Assembly: GCA_026770705.1 (NCBI GenBank)
Contig: JANJGN010000005.1
Span: 16,120,001-16,184,000 of the forward strand
DNA length: 64,000 nucleotides
Direction of reading: 5' to 3'
Origin: Isurus oxyrinchus
Taxonomy: Eukaryota
This document shows, in pieces, positions 25,908-36,530 of the stretch (position 1 is its first letter; each line of letters starts with the position of its first letter). The position numbers were made by a program, and so were the translations under genes. The notes under the pieces were generated by a model, which made no database searches, had not been told where the DNA came from, and worked only from the letters and a program-made list of their open reading frames with translations.

Positions 25908-27339
25908 TTGGTCTGGTTGGGAGGTGATGATCAGAGGCTTCCAGATAAACAGACTTCAAGGGGCTGAGACTTGTTGCAGGTTGCTTTGTCAATCTGGAAT
26001 CCTGGTGTTGATCTTGCAAGTTAGAGTTAAATCGGCAGTAGAATTGACCCAAAGGCCAAAGGCTTAGACCATATGATGTGACACATTAATGAGGCAATTT
26101 CAGGTTAAGGAGCAGTTTCTGTGCCCCTGGTCAAATCCATTGGCTGCCTAATGAAAGAAATGGTGGCTCTTAGTGCCTTTGCAGGGATAATAAGTTTTGA
26201 TGGCTCTCCGTCTATTATGGTTCAGGCTGGAGAGACCGACCGTCTGCTGCAACCTGATTTTGTTTATTGTAATGCCCTCTCAAAGAGAGGTGTGAGATTC
26301 CAACCTGATGAGGGTTGCTTTTTCCTTGTAACAGCTATTCGGAAATTTCCAGAAGCAGTGGTCAACGTTGTGAGTCATGTGACCTGTAGCAGTCTTTTGG
26401 TTCAGCAGAGTCCATTTTAAGTAAGGTTTAATTTTAAACAGTTTATGATCCCTTTCACATCTTAGGGATATGACGCTCGGACGAGAGTATAACAAAGTCA
26501 GCACAGACTTTTATACAGCTTGAATAATTTCAGTGAACTAATGCTTAATAAGCAGGTGGTGAATAGGTTTCAGAATGTAGGGGGGTGGGTGGTGTTGGCA
26601 TTATTAGTGTTATGTTTTGCAAATTATTTTAGGTGTTTGCCACATATGTCTTTTCCCATGCACATCCCTTCCGTAATGGGAAAACAATCAGGCATGGTAA
26701 GAACATGGTATAACAAGCCATGTATAACAAACATGGTAGTTAGTATTTTGTGTATTTCAAGAATAGTGGGCGGCAAGAATAGTGTTTTGAGGCAGTAAGT
26801 TTGTGAAATAACATTTTTAAATTGTATAAGATGACCTGGGGCAACAATTTAGTCAATGTATTTTGTTTTGAAGTAGTTTGGATTTGAATCTGTTTAAATA
26901 GCAGCAGATTTGTTGTTGTAATTTGGGAGATTTATTTTGAAAATATAGCATTATTATTCATTTGGAAACACCAATTAAGCATTCTTCTTTACTTTCATCT
27001 TGTCAAATTATTGATAAGATTATTTTTTATCATTGATTTTCAACTGAAGTGTGAACTTTGTCTAGCAGCATTCCTAGAAATATGATCAGAACTGAAAGCT
27101 AGTTTTGCTGCTACTGGAAAAAATCAACCAATCTTAAGAGAGCAAGTTTGGTTACGTAAGACCACCTCTAAGCAGAAATCACTGAGTATATTGTATGAGC
27201 ATGTGTAAAAAGTGCTTTAGTGAAGTTTGAGTGAATCACTAAATTTATTGAGAGGAACTGTAGTTTCAGTTTATGACCTAATGTTGAATTCACCATACAA
27301 AACTTGTAACTACATTGCACCATTGATGTGAAAGACTTT

Positions 27340-27983
27340 GGCCAGAATCTTCGGATCAGCGAGGGGGGGGGCGGGCCCTGCTCACTGACGCCTAAAATGA
27401 CGTGAGGTGATGTCAGGCGTGCATTCCCGACGTCACCTCGTGCCATTTTGATCCTCAGTTTGGTGGGTGTGAGGCCGACTCTGCTGTGTGCCTACTGAAC
27501 TGTCAAAGGCCTATTAAGGCCATTTAAAAACTAATTAAAGTTATTAACTGAGCTGTCCGTCCAACTTTAAGGTTGGCGGGCAGGTGAAGAGCCCAGACGG
27601 CCTTTGCATTTATCATGAAACCTCATCCACGGGCGGGATGAGGTATCATGAAGGGTTTATACATTAAATAAATTTTTTTATTAAAAATTCATTGACATGT
27701 GACACTGTCACATGAGTAGACATGTCTTAAAATTTTTTTTCTTTTATTAAAATTTTCAAAAATCAAACTAATCTCCCTGAGGCAGCTCCATGCCTCAGGG
27801 AGATTTCTGCGCTCTTCCACGCGCATGCGCTCAGCGCTTCGGGGTGCGCGTCACGCTGGACAGGCCTTAATTGGCCCACCCACGCTAAATGGCAGCGCCC
27901 AGCTGATCGTGGGCAGCGATTGGCTCCACGCCCACCGATTCCCACCCCTGCCCAACCCCCACAACGGGCAGAAAATTCTCCCC
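27340..27983 (+). mobile_element. Harbinger MITE family M, copy A (644 bp)
   Basis: Termini GGCCAGAAT..ATTCTCCCC, flanks TTT/ATT, internal hairpins shared with copies B, C and D. Confidence 0.85.
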
Positions 27984-28019
27984 ATTGACTTTGCTCTACA
28001 ATGAGGGGTTCAATATGTT

Positions 28020-28345
28020 TTTTTTAATTATTTGTTCTTGGGTTGTGGCAAGGCCAGCAATTATTGCCCCTAAGAATGTGGTTTTCCTGTAGTGATTTTG
28101 TTCAGCTGAGTGGCTTGCTAGGCCATTTCAGAGGGCAGTTAAAAGTCAACCACGTTGCTGTGGGTCTGGAGTTACACATAAGCCAGACCGGATAAGGATG
28201 GCAGATTTTCTCCTCTGAAGTACTAGATGCGTTTTTATGACAATTTGGCAGTTTCATGATTCGTATCAATGAGGCTCTTATTTTATTCCAGATTTGTTAA
28301 TTATTTGAGTGTAAATTTCTCTTGCTGTCCAGTGGGTGGAGTCCA
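28020..28345 (-). mobile_element. SINE sharing its 3' tail with LINE family B
   Basis: ggccagcaattattgccc tail plus gagtggcttgctaggccatttcagagggcagttaa..gtgggtctggag body; non-coding. Confidence 0.6.
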
Positions 28346-29084
28346 TTAACATTACAACTGTCCTACTGCCCCCTTTTGTAAAAGGCATTGGTAGGGAGAG
28401 ATGAGAACTGAAGACACAGCTGAAGAGATGAGTTTTGAAGCATTTTGGCAGAGAAAAGAGAGACGGAAAGGCCCAATGGTCTTGGAGAGCAACAGCCCAA
28501 GCCACATCTTTTATTAACTTTCTATTTATAAAACCATGCAAGATTGTTTAGAAATTCCTAAAGCAGAGTTTAGCTAACCCTCAGAACTGGAGTGACAACA
28601 TGACTTTCTGCATCTGTGTAACCCACATGAGAAGCAAACTTCACAGTCTTGATCTCCCTAGAGGCCGAACATTTTCAAAAGCATAAGATTTTATTTTTAA
28701 ATTAAAATGTTTAGTATGGTGCGCAGCTGTGTGCGTTTCTAGTGCAGCTCGTTTATCCCGTAGAATCTAAGATCCCTTTTCTTTTATTCGAAGAAGTAGC
28801 AGTACTAAGCAATATAAATGCGGACTGAGCAGGAGAGTTGGATTAGACGAGGTGCCTCAATGGAGAAAAATGTTGGCACAGAGTTGATTAACCAGATGGC
28901 CTAGTATTGTGCCCTAACATTCTTTGATTCTAAATTATTCCTGCAACAGCACAATTGCTATAGAACATACAGTGAAATCTGCATTTTTAGTGGCAGCTGA
29001 AGCTGCTAAGTAAAATGACCATATGAATTTTAAGTTACGTGAAACTTAAGAGAGCAATGCTTCTGTGATAATTCTGTGCATGGT

Positions 29085-29630
29085 ATCAGGTATGAGGGGC
29101 TTAAGTTATGTGAAGGCATTAGAGAAGCTGTGATTGTTTTCCTCAGAGCTGAGAAAGTTAAGGCGAGTTTTAATAGAGGTGTTCAAAAATATGAATGGTG
29201 TTGAGAGAGAAAATAGCAACTATTTCTATTGGCTGGAGGATCAGTGGCCAGAGGACGCAGGTTTAAGGTAATTGATAAAAAAAACCAGAGGCAACTTGAG
29301 GAAACATTTTTCATGAAACGAGTTGTCTTAGAAGATTTATAGCACAGAAGGAGGTCACTTGGCCTATTGTGTTTTTGCTGGCCCAAAAAAAGCTATCCAG
29401 CCTAATCACATTTTCCAGCTCTTGATTTGTATCCCTTATAGCCTGAAATGCGCTGCCTGAAAGTGTAGTGGAAGCAAATTCAGTAGTACCTTTTCAAGGG
29501 AAATTGGATAAATATTTTAAAAGGGGAAGTTTGGTTTGGGGAAAGAGCAGAGATGTGGGTCTCGTTGAATATTCTTTCAAAGAACAGGCACAGATGATGG
29601 GCCTTCAGACCTCCTCCTATCCTGAATGGT
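29085..29630 (+). mobile_element. Old CR1 3' fragment interrupted by an inverted CR1 tail
   Basis: Decayed LEKL.LFSSE.R.LR..LIEVFK motif; minus-strand tail at ~29330-29440. Confidence 0.55.
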
Positions 29631-30383
29631 TTTGTTCTAATGCAATGATAATCTACTTTGTGTTTAAAAAAAAAAGGCATACTATTCTAGTTCATTTTAA
29701 CACCTGTATGAAGTTGTAGAATAATGTTACAAATCAATAACTAATCGTAACATGCTTAATATCTTTCTGCATCAACAGATTGTTTTTAAAAAGAGTGATA
29801 AGAGAAATTTTCCAGCTCAACTTCTGGAAGGCCTGAAGGTGCTTTTGTTGCAAAACATGTCACCTTTTAGAATTAGGTTCACAATCTGAAAAAGGGAAGC
29901 AAATATTTTTGGATCGGAGAACGATTTTTTTGACTTGGTTCATTCATTATCAAGAATACAGAAGTTTCAAGTGAGGCACCAAGTCACTGTCCTTGGTCTC
30001 ACTGTTCCTTATTACATTGCACAAGCAGTGAGCATTGCAAAAAATGTTTCAGTAATAAAAAGAATTGCTTCCTACTTGTGTGTTAGGAATGTTAGGAGTA
30101 GCTCCTTGAACTGCCCCACCATTAAATTGGATCTGGACATTAACACTGTTTGTAGATCTCTCCATAACTCTTTTTAACACCTGGATGTTATACAGATACC
30201 AAAATTTGACTATCTAATGCATTGCTAATAATGTGAACAATCTTAGATCAGCAAATTCAGTATGTACCATATGGTGATAATTCTGATTTTGATTATTTTC
30301 CCCCTTGTCAAGATTGTCACCATCACCCATCATTCTGCAGGATAGGAGAATCCAATCTTAGCTGTGAAACCTTGTGTAAACAC

Positions 30384-30547
30384 AGGCTGAAATTCCCACA
30401 TGGGTTCTTTTGATTTCTCAACATGACTTTGGTGGCAGATCAACAGAAGCTCTGGGAAATGGTGTAAATGGCCCTTTACACTGTCATTCCCATGATTCCC
30501 ACTGAAGTTACAGAGAGATTGAGGAAAGCCTCGTGGAAATTTGGATT
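30384..30547. mobile_element. Fold-back (palindromic) miniature element, ~165 bp
   Basis: Arms pair throughout: AAATTCCCACATGGG/CCTCGTGGAAATTT, GACTTTGGTGG/CCACTGAAGTT, TGGGAAAT/ATTCCCA, GTGTAAA/TTTACAC. Confidence 0.65.
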
Positions 30548-30549
30548 AA

Positions 30550-31790
30550 CTGAGCCTGGAAGTGACAAAGATACAGATGAGTGTTTCAGCTGAAAATGGG
30601 CTGAGCTAGCTGCAGAGGCAGACAGTGCTATGGAAATGAGAATAGACAGTCCTTGTAAGAAGACATGGTGTTGGAGGCAGCTCAAATTCAGGTTGGCTAC
30701 CAAAGCTGCAAATAGTTTGATTCACCCTGAGGTAGTAGTTGGGAAGGGAAATGGAATTGATTACCATGTTAAAGGAGCAATACAAACCCTAATTTGTGGT
30801 CAGGGCTGAGGATGATGTTTTGATCTTCCCAGTGTTCAACTGGATACAATTGTGGCTAATCTAAGCAAAGATGGCTGCCAGGCAGTGGGGGGTCTAGACA
30901 GTGGGTGGAGAGGTAGAACTGTGTTGCCAGTGTACATGTGGAAACTGACCCTATGGTGAAAATCAGAGGAGAGTTGTTAGAGGAAGATAGTGTGGTTGAC
31001 TATGTCAAAGGCTGCAGGGTGATCATGGAGGGCAAGGAGGGAAATTATGCCATATCACAGTTACAAAGAATGCCATATATGACTTTTTGGTGAAGTGATG
31101 GGTGAAAACTGGTGTAATTCAAGCATGGAGTGGTGGGAAAGCTGATCATGGATTTTGGCAACAACAACACATTTAAATACTTTGGAGACTGAAGGGGGAT
31201 TGAAGGTAGGATAGTAGTTTGCAAAGAGAGGCTGAGGGTTTTATTTTTGAGGAGGTAGTGAGGGAAAGTGATGGTGGCTCTTTTGAAAAGGATGGGTGCA
31301 GTACCTTTAGAGAGGCAAATGTTAACAATAGGGGCCAGAAAGGATAGTTAGCTTGTCAGCAATTAAGTGAGAATGGGGGTCAAGGGAGCAGAAGGTGGGT
31401 CTCGTGGACAAGGTGAGCATTGGCTGGATGTGGGGGGAGATGGGAAGAAAGCAGGTCAAAAGATGCCGGTTTAAAGGCTAGATCAGGGTGGGGAGCATGG
31501 GTGGAAATTTACCTTGGTGGACATGGGGGCAAGAGAGAGAGGCGTTAAGCTGAACAAATGGTCTCGGTCATGGTGGCAAAGCAGTCTTATATGGAAGTGA
31601 GTGGGCAGCTGTGAGGAGATTAAAAAGACGGTTTATGTTGGAGAAAAGAAAAAGGTTGGATTTTTATTTCCCAGGCGACCCTGCAGTACTGGGTGCTTTT
31701 GGCAGAGGAGAGTGAGGCCTGGTAACATTTGATGTGGTCCAGCCAGTGATGCACTAGGTTAAGTCTGAATCCCTTGGACACGAGGGAGAG
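30550..31790 (-). mobile_element. Old L2 LINE fragment
   Basis: Reverse-complement L2 RT motifs (gactatgtcaaaggctgcag = AAFD.V; gtgtacatgtggaaactgac = VSFHMY); purine-rich on +. Confidence 0.6.
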
Positions 31791-31799
31791 AAGATGGGA

Positions 31800-34700
31800 A
31801 TGCCAGGAGGAGCAAGAGGGACATGAGAAAGAAAAGGTTTTACTGGAGGTGGGGCTATTGGACCAATATCCTCACAGGGTTATTCACTAGTACTGTGGGG
31901 CAGGGTTTAAAATAGAGTGGCAGTTGGATGGGTACAATATGATTATGATTATGGAGACATGGCTCAGAGTGACCAAGGGGATCTGAATATCCGAGGGTAC
32001 TCGATATTTAGGAAGGACAGGCAAAAAAGAAAAGGGGGTGGTGTGGTGTTAGTTAAGGATGAAATCAGTGTGATAGTGAGAGAAGATATTGACTCATAGA
32101 ATCTAGATGTAGAATCAGTCTCGATGGAGCTAAGAAGCAACAAGAGGTGGAAACCAAGGGCTCTACAGTAATCATGGTGACTTTAATCTACATATGACTG
32201 GGCAAATCAAATTAGCAGTAATACTGCAGCGGATGAATCCATGGAGTGTGTACAAGATGGTTTTTTTGGACCAATACATTGAGGAACCAACTAGGGAACA
32301 GGCTATCCTAGATTTGGTATTGTGCAGTGAGAAGGGGTTAATTAATAATCTTGTTGTGCAGCGTCTAGGGAGCAGTGACCATAACATGATGGAATTCTTC
32401 ATTAGGATGGAAAGTGAAGTAGTCTGAACTGAAACTAGGGTCCTAAATCTAAACAAAGGAAACTGCAAAGGTATGAGGTGTGAGTTGCCTAGGATAGATT
32501 GGGGGACTTCATTAAATGACATGATGGTGGATAGGCAATGGCTAATATTTAAGGAATGAATGTATGCATTGCAGGAGTTATGCATTCCTTTCAGACGCAA
32601 AAACATAAAGAGAAAAGCATCCCAACCATGGCTAATGAAAGAAATTAAGGATAGTATTAGATCTAAAGAGGAGTCATATAAAGTGCTAGAAAAAGTAACA
32701 AGCCTGAGGATTGGGCGCAGTTTCGAATTCCGCAAAGGAGAGCCAAGAGATTGATTAAGAGGGAAAAAATAGAGAATTTTCTGCCTACTGGGCGGACAGG
32801 GAGCTGATCCCTGCTGGAGAAGTGGGCCCTTCTGCCATTTTAAGTGGGTGAGCCAATTAAGGCCCACCCAGCATGACACCCGGTGGGAAGCGCTATGCGC
32901 TCCCTGGGTGGGTGGGGTGGGGGGGATTCCCCAAATGCAAGAGTGCGCGCTCTTTCGCACATGCGCACTAAAGAGCGCACATCTCCCTGAGGCTAAGTAC
33001 TGCCTCTGAGATCGCTTACACTTGTTCAAACATTAAAAATAGAAAAATAAAAAAAAAATCCTTAACATGTCTCCATCATGCGACAATGTCACACGAGATG
33101 GGACATTTTAATAAATTTCACTAAAACTTTATTAAAGTCTTTTAAACCCTACACGAAACCTCATCCCGCCAGTGGATGAGGTTTCATGTTTTTTCAGAAG
33201 CCCGCTGGGGCTCCTGGCCTGCCCACCAGCCTTAAGGTTGGACGGGCAGGGCCTTTAATTGTTTTAATGATCCTGTCAATGGCCTCAATTGGCCATTGAT
33301 AGGTCGGCGGGCGCACAGCTGATTTGGCTGTACCCCCGCCTTCCTGAAAATTTAAATGGGGCGCGGTGACGTCAGGGGGAACCCCTGATGTCATCCCGCG
33401 TCATTTTGCGCATCGGCGAGTGGGCCCTGCCCCCTGCTTGCTGGCGGCAAAATTCAGCCCTAAGAGTAAACTTGCAAGGAACATAAAAGCACATTGTAAA
33501 AGCTTCTACAAGTATGTAAAACAAAAAGATTAGTGAAAACAAATGTAGGTCCCTTCCAGTCTGAAATGGAAGAATTTAGAAGTGGCAGAGCAATTAAACA
33601 ATTACTTTAGTTCTGTCTTCACAGAGCAAGACACAAATAACTTCCCAAAAATGTGAGGGAACCAAGGGTCTAGTGAGAAGGAGGAATTGAAGGAAATTAG
33701 TATTACTAAAGAAAATAGTGCTGGAGAAATTAATCGGACTGAAAGCCGATAAATCCCCAGGGCCTGATAATCGACAGCCTAGGGTACTAAAAGAAATAGT
33801 GGATGCATTAATTGTCATTTTTCAAAATTCTGCAGATTCTGGAACAGTCCTGGTATATTGGAGTGTGACAAATGTCACATTCCAATCTATTTAAAAAAAG
33901 GAGGGAGGCAGAAAATGGAGAATTACAGCCTGGTTAGGCTAACACCAATAGTAGTGAAAAATGTTAGAGCCTATTATAAAGGATGTGATAACAGAGCACT
34001 TGGAAAATATCAACAGGATTAGACAAAGTCAACATGGATTTAAGAAAGAGAAATCATGTTTGACAAACCTACTGGAGTTTTTTGAGGATGTAACTAGCAG
34101 AATAAATGAGGGAGTGGATGTGGTGTATTTGGATTTTTAGAACGTTTTTGACAAAGTTCCACATAACAAGTTAATGTGCAAAATTAAAGCACATGGGATT
34201 GGGCGTAATATATTGGCATGCATTGAGAATGGGTTAGCAGACAAGAAATAGAGAGTAGGAATAAATGGGTCTTTTTTGACAGCAGTGGAAAGCAGTGACC
34301 AGTGGGGTACTGCAGGAATCAGTGCTTGGGCCCCAGCTATTCACAATGGAGATCAATGATTTGGATGAGGGAACCAAATGTAATATTTCCAAGTTTGTTG
34401 ACAACATGAAACTTGTTGGGAATGTGAGTGCTGAGGAAGACGTTAAGAGGCTTCACGGTGATTTAGATAAGTTGAGTGAGTGGGCAAATACACGGCAGAA
34501 GCAGTATAACATGACTAAGTGTGAAGTTACCCTCTTTGGTGAGAAAAACAGAATGGCAGAGTATTATTTAAATGGTGATAGATTGGGAAATGTTAATGTA
34601 TAAGTGGACCTGGGTATCCCTATACACATATCACTGAAAGCAAGCATGCAGGTGCAACAAGCAATTAAGAAGACAAATGATATGTTCATTGTGAGAGGAC

Positions 34701-35345
34701 TTGAGTACTGGAGCAAAGATGTCTTACTGCAGCTGTTCAGGCCCTGGTGAGACCACACCTGGAGTATCATGTGCAGTTTTGTTCTCCTTACCTAAGAGGA
34801 TATACTTGTCCTTGAGGGAGTGCAGCGAAGGTTCACCAGACTGATTCCTGGGATGGTAGGATTGTTTTATGAGGAGAGATTGGGTAGACTACGCCTGTAT
34901 TCACTAGAGTTTAGAAGAATGAGAGGGGATCTCATTGAAACGTTTAAAATTCTACAGGGTTGAGCAGGCTGGATGCAGGGGTGATATTTCCTCTTTGAGG
35001 GGGGGGGTGGTGGGGGGAGGGTTTGGTGGGGTGGTCTAGAACAAGGGGTCACAGTCTCAGGATACAGGGTCAGCCATTTAGGACTGAGAAACTTCTTCAC
35101 TCAAAAGGTGACGAACCTGTGGAATTTTCTACCTCAGAAGGTTGTGGAGGCCAAGTCACTAAATATATTTAAGAAGGAATTTAATAGATTTCTAGACTCT
35201 AAAGGCATCAAGGTTCATGGGGAGAGAGCAGGAGTATGGCGTTGAGATAGAGGATCAGCCTTGATCATATTGAATGGCGGAGCAGGCTCGAAGGGCAGAA
35301 AGATCTACTGCTGCTCCTATTTTTTGTGTTTCTGTGTTTTGTTGT
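31800..35345 (+). mobile_element. Decayed CR1 LINE ORF2 (EN+RT+tail) split by MITE copy B
   Basis: METW..FRKDRQ, EPTREQAILDLVL, GSSDHNM, SPGPD, TSGVLQESVLGP, KFVDNMKL, 3' tail ending ~35345. Confidence 0.88.
32771..33460 (-). mobile_element. Harbinger MITE family M, copy B (inserted in CR1)
   Basis: Right end AATTCAGCCC, left TIR clipped. CR1 ..AAAATAGAG|..|TAAGAGTAAACTTGC resumes. Reverse orientation relative to copy A. Confidence 0.85.
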
Positions 35346-35435
35346 AAATGCTGAAGGTGGTGCAGATAGCCAGCTGCAGAAATATTGTAAATGTCTGGAG
35401 ACTTTGCTGAAACTGATCTTGCTTTCTACCAACAG

Positions 35436-35639
35436 GTACAATTGCTGTATGAGCTGGCACACAGCATGAACAATGCCTGGGACAAAATCCAGAAGAAAGG
35501 CATACTGCGGCAGACTTCTACCCATCCCGAATCTATTTTGGGACCAATGCCAGGGTCACCAGTAAGAAGTAGTGTTAGTACAGCACCACCAGATGCCAGC
35601 ACTTGTAGTCCATCTGCAGATATTGGGACCACCACAGAG
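35436..35639 (+). CDS. VPS13B: VPS13B internal coding exon (204 nt, phase 0 to 0)
   Basis: Acceptor ttctaccaacag| and donor GAG|gtaagt. Encodes VQLLYELAHSMNNAWDKIQKKGILRQTSTHPESILGPMPGSPVRSSVSTAPPDASTCSPSADIGTTTE, matching human VQLFYEL..SPVRSSIGTAPPDTSTCSPSADIGTTTE and in frame with the 8113-8333 exon. Confidence 0.95.
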
Positions 35640-36043
35640 GTAAGTATACTTCTCATCAAGCAAAAAAGGTGTATTTTTCGTTTGAATCCACATATATGGT
35701 TCCCCTTCCTTTTTATGTACTTTCATCTGTGTGTAGCACACTATAGTTATGTTTCATTATTTAAATTTTGACCATATGGAGAACAATTTTAATATTATTC
35801 ACTTTAACCTTGTCATTGGCAAAATGTGGAACGATTTAGTATCCTGCCTAAATGTTTATCAATAGCTGAGGACCTTTCTTAGATATTGTTCTTTCTGAAA
35901 ATTACCTGCATCACAACAGTGGCTACATTTCAAAAGTTCCTCATTGGCTATGAAGGTGCTTTAAGAGTTCCTGAGGAGGTTTTTTGCACTTCTTCTAATG
36001 TCAATTTAATAGGATGCATATAAGCTACATTGTAACTTATGTA

Positions 36044-36530
36044 TTTTTTTATATTCGTTCATGGGATGTGGGCATCCCTGGCTAGGCCAGCATTTATTGC
36101 CCATCTCTAATTGCTCTTGAGAAAGTGGTGGTCAGCTGCCTTCTTGAATTGCTGCAGTCCCTGTGGTGTAGATGCACCCAGGGTGCTGTTAGGGAGGAAG
36201 TTCCAGGATTTTGACCCAGCGACAGTGAAGGAAGTATGATATAGTTCCAAGACAGGGTGGTTAGTGGCTTGGAGGAGAACTTCCAGGTAGTGGTGTTCCC
36301 ATATATCTGCAGCCCTTAAATGTCCAGATGGTAGCGGTCGTTGATTTGGAAGGTGGTATCTGAGGAGCTTTGGTGAGTTCCTGCAGTGCATCTTGTAGTT
36401 GGGACACACTGCTACCACTGTGCATGGTGGTGGAGGCTGGGGATTCCAGTGAAGTGGGCTGTTTTGTCCTGGATGGTGTCAAGCTTCTTGAGTGTTATTT
36501 GAGCACTCATCCAGTCAAATGGAAGGCCTT
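36044..36530 (-). mobile_element. LINE family B 3' fragment
   Basis: Poly-T plus catgggatgtgggcatccctggctaggccagcatttattgccc, as at 24156. Confidence 0.85.

Larger units (their letters stand above)
23433..26475 (-). mobile_element. Solo LTR (~1.14 kb after removing the nested Harbinger), 4-bp TSD
   Basis: Starts TGTTAT and ends ATGAC(G), interpreted as a mutated CA. TSD CTCG at 23429-23432 and 26476-26479. Orientation is inferred from minus-strand AATAAA (tttatt) near the left end. Confidence 0.7.

Noticed and set aside
32172-33029. 285-aa minus-strand ORF
   Set aside because: Antisense read-through of CR1 ORF2 fused to MITE B; not a gene.
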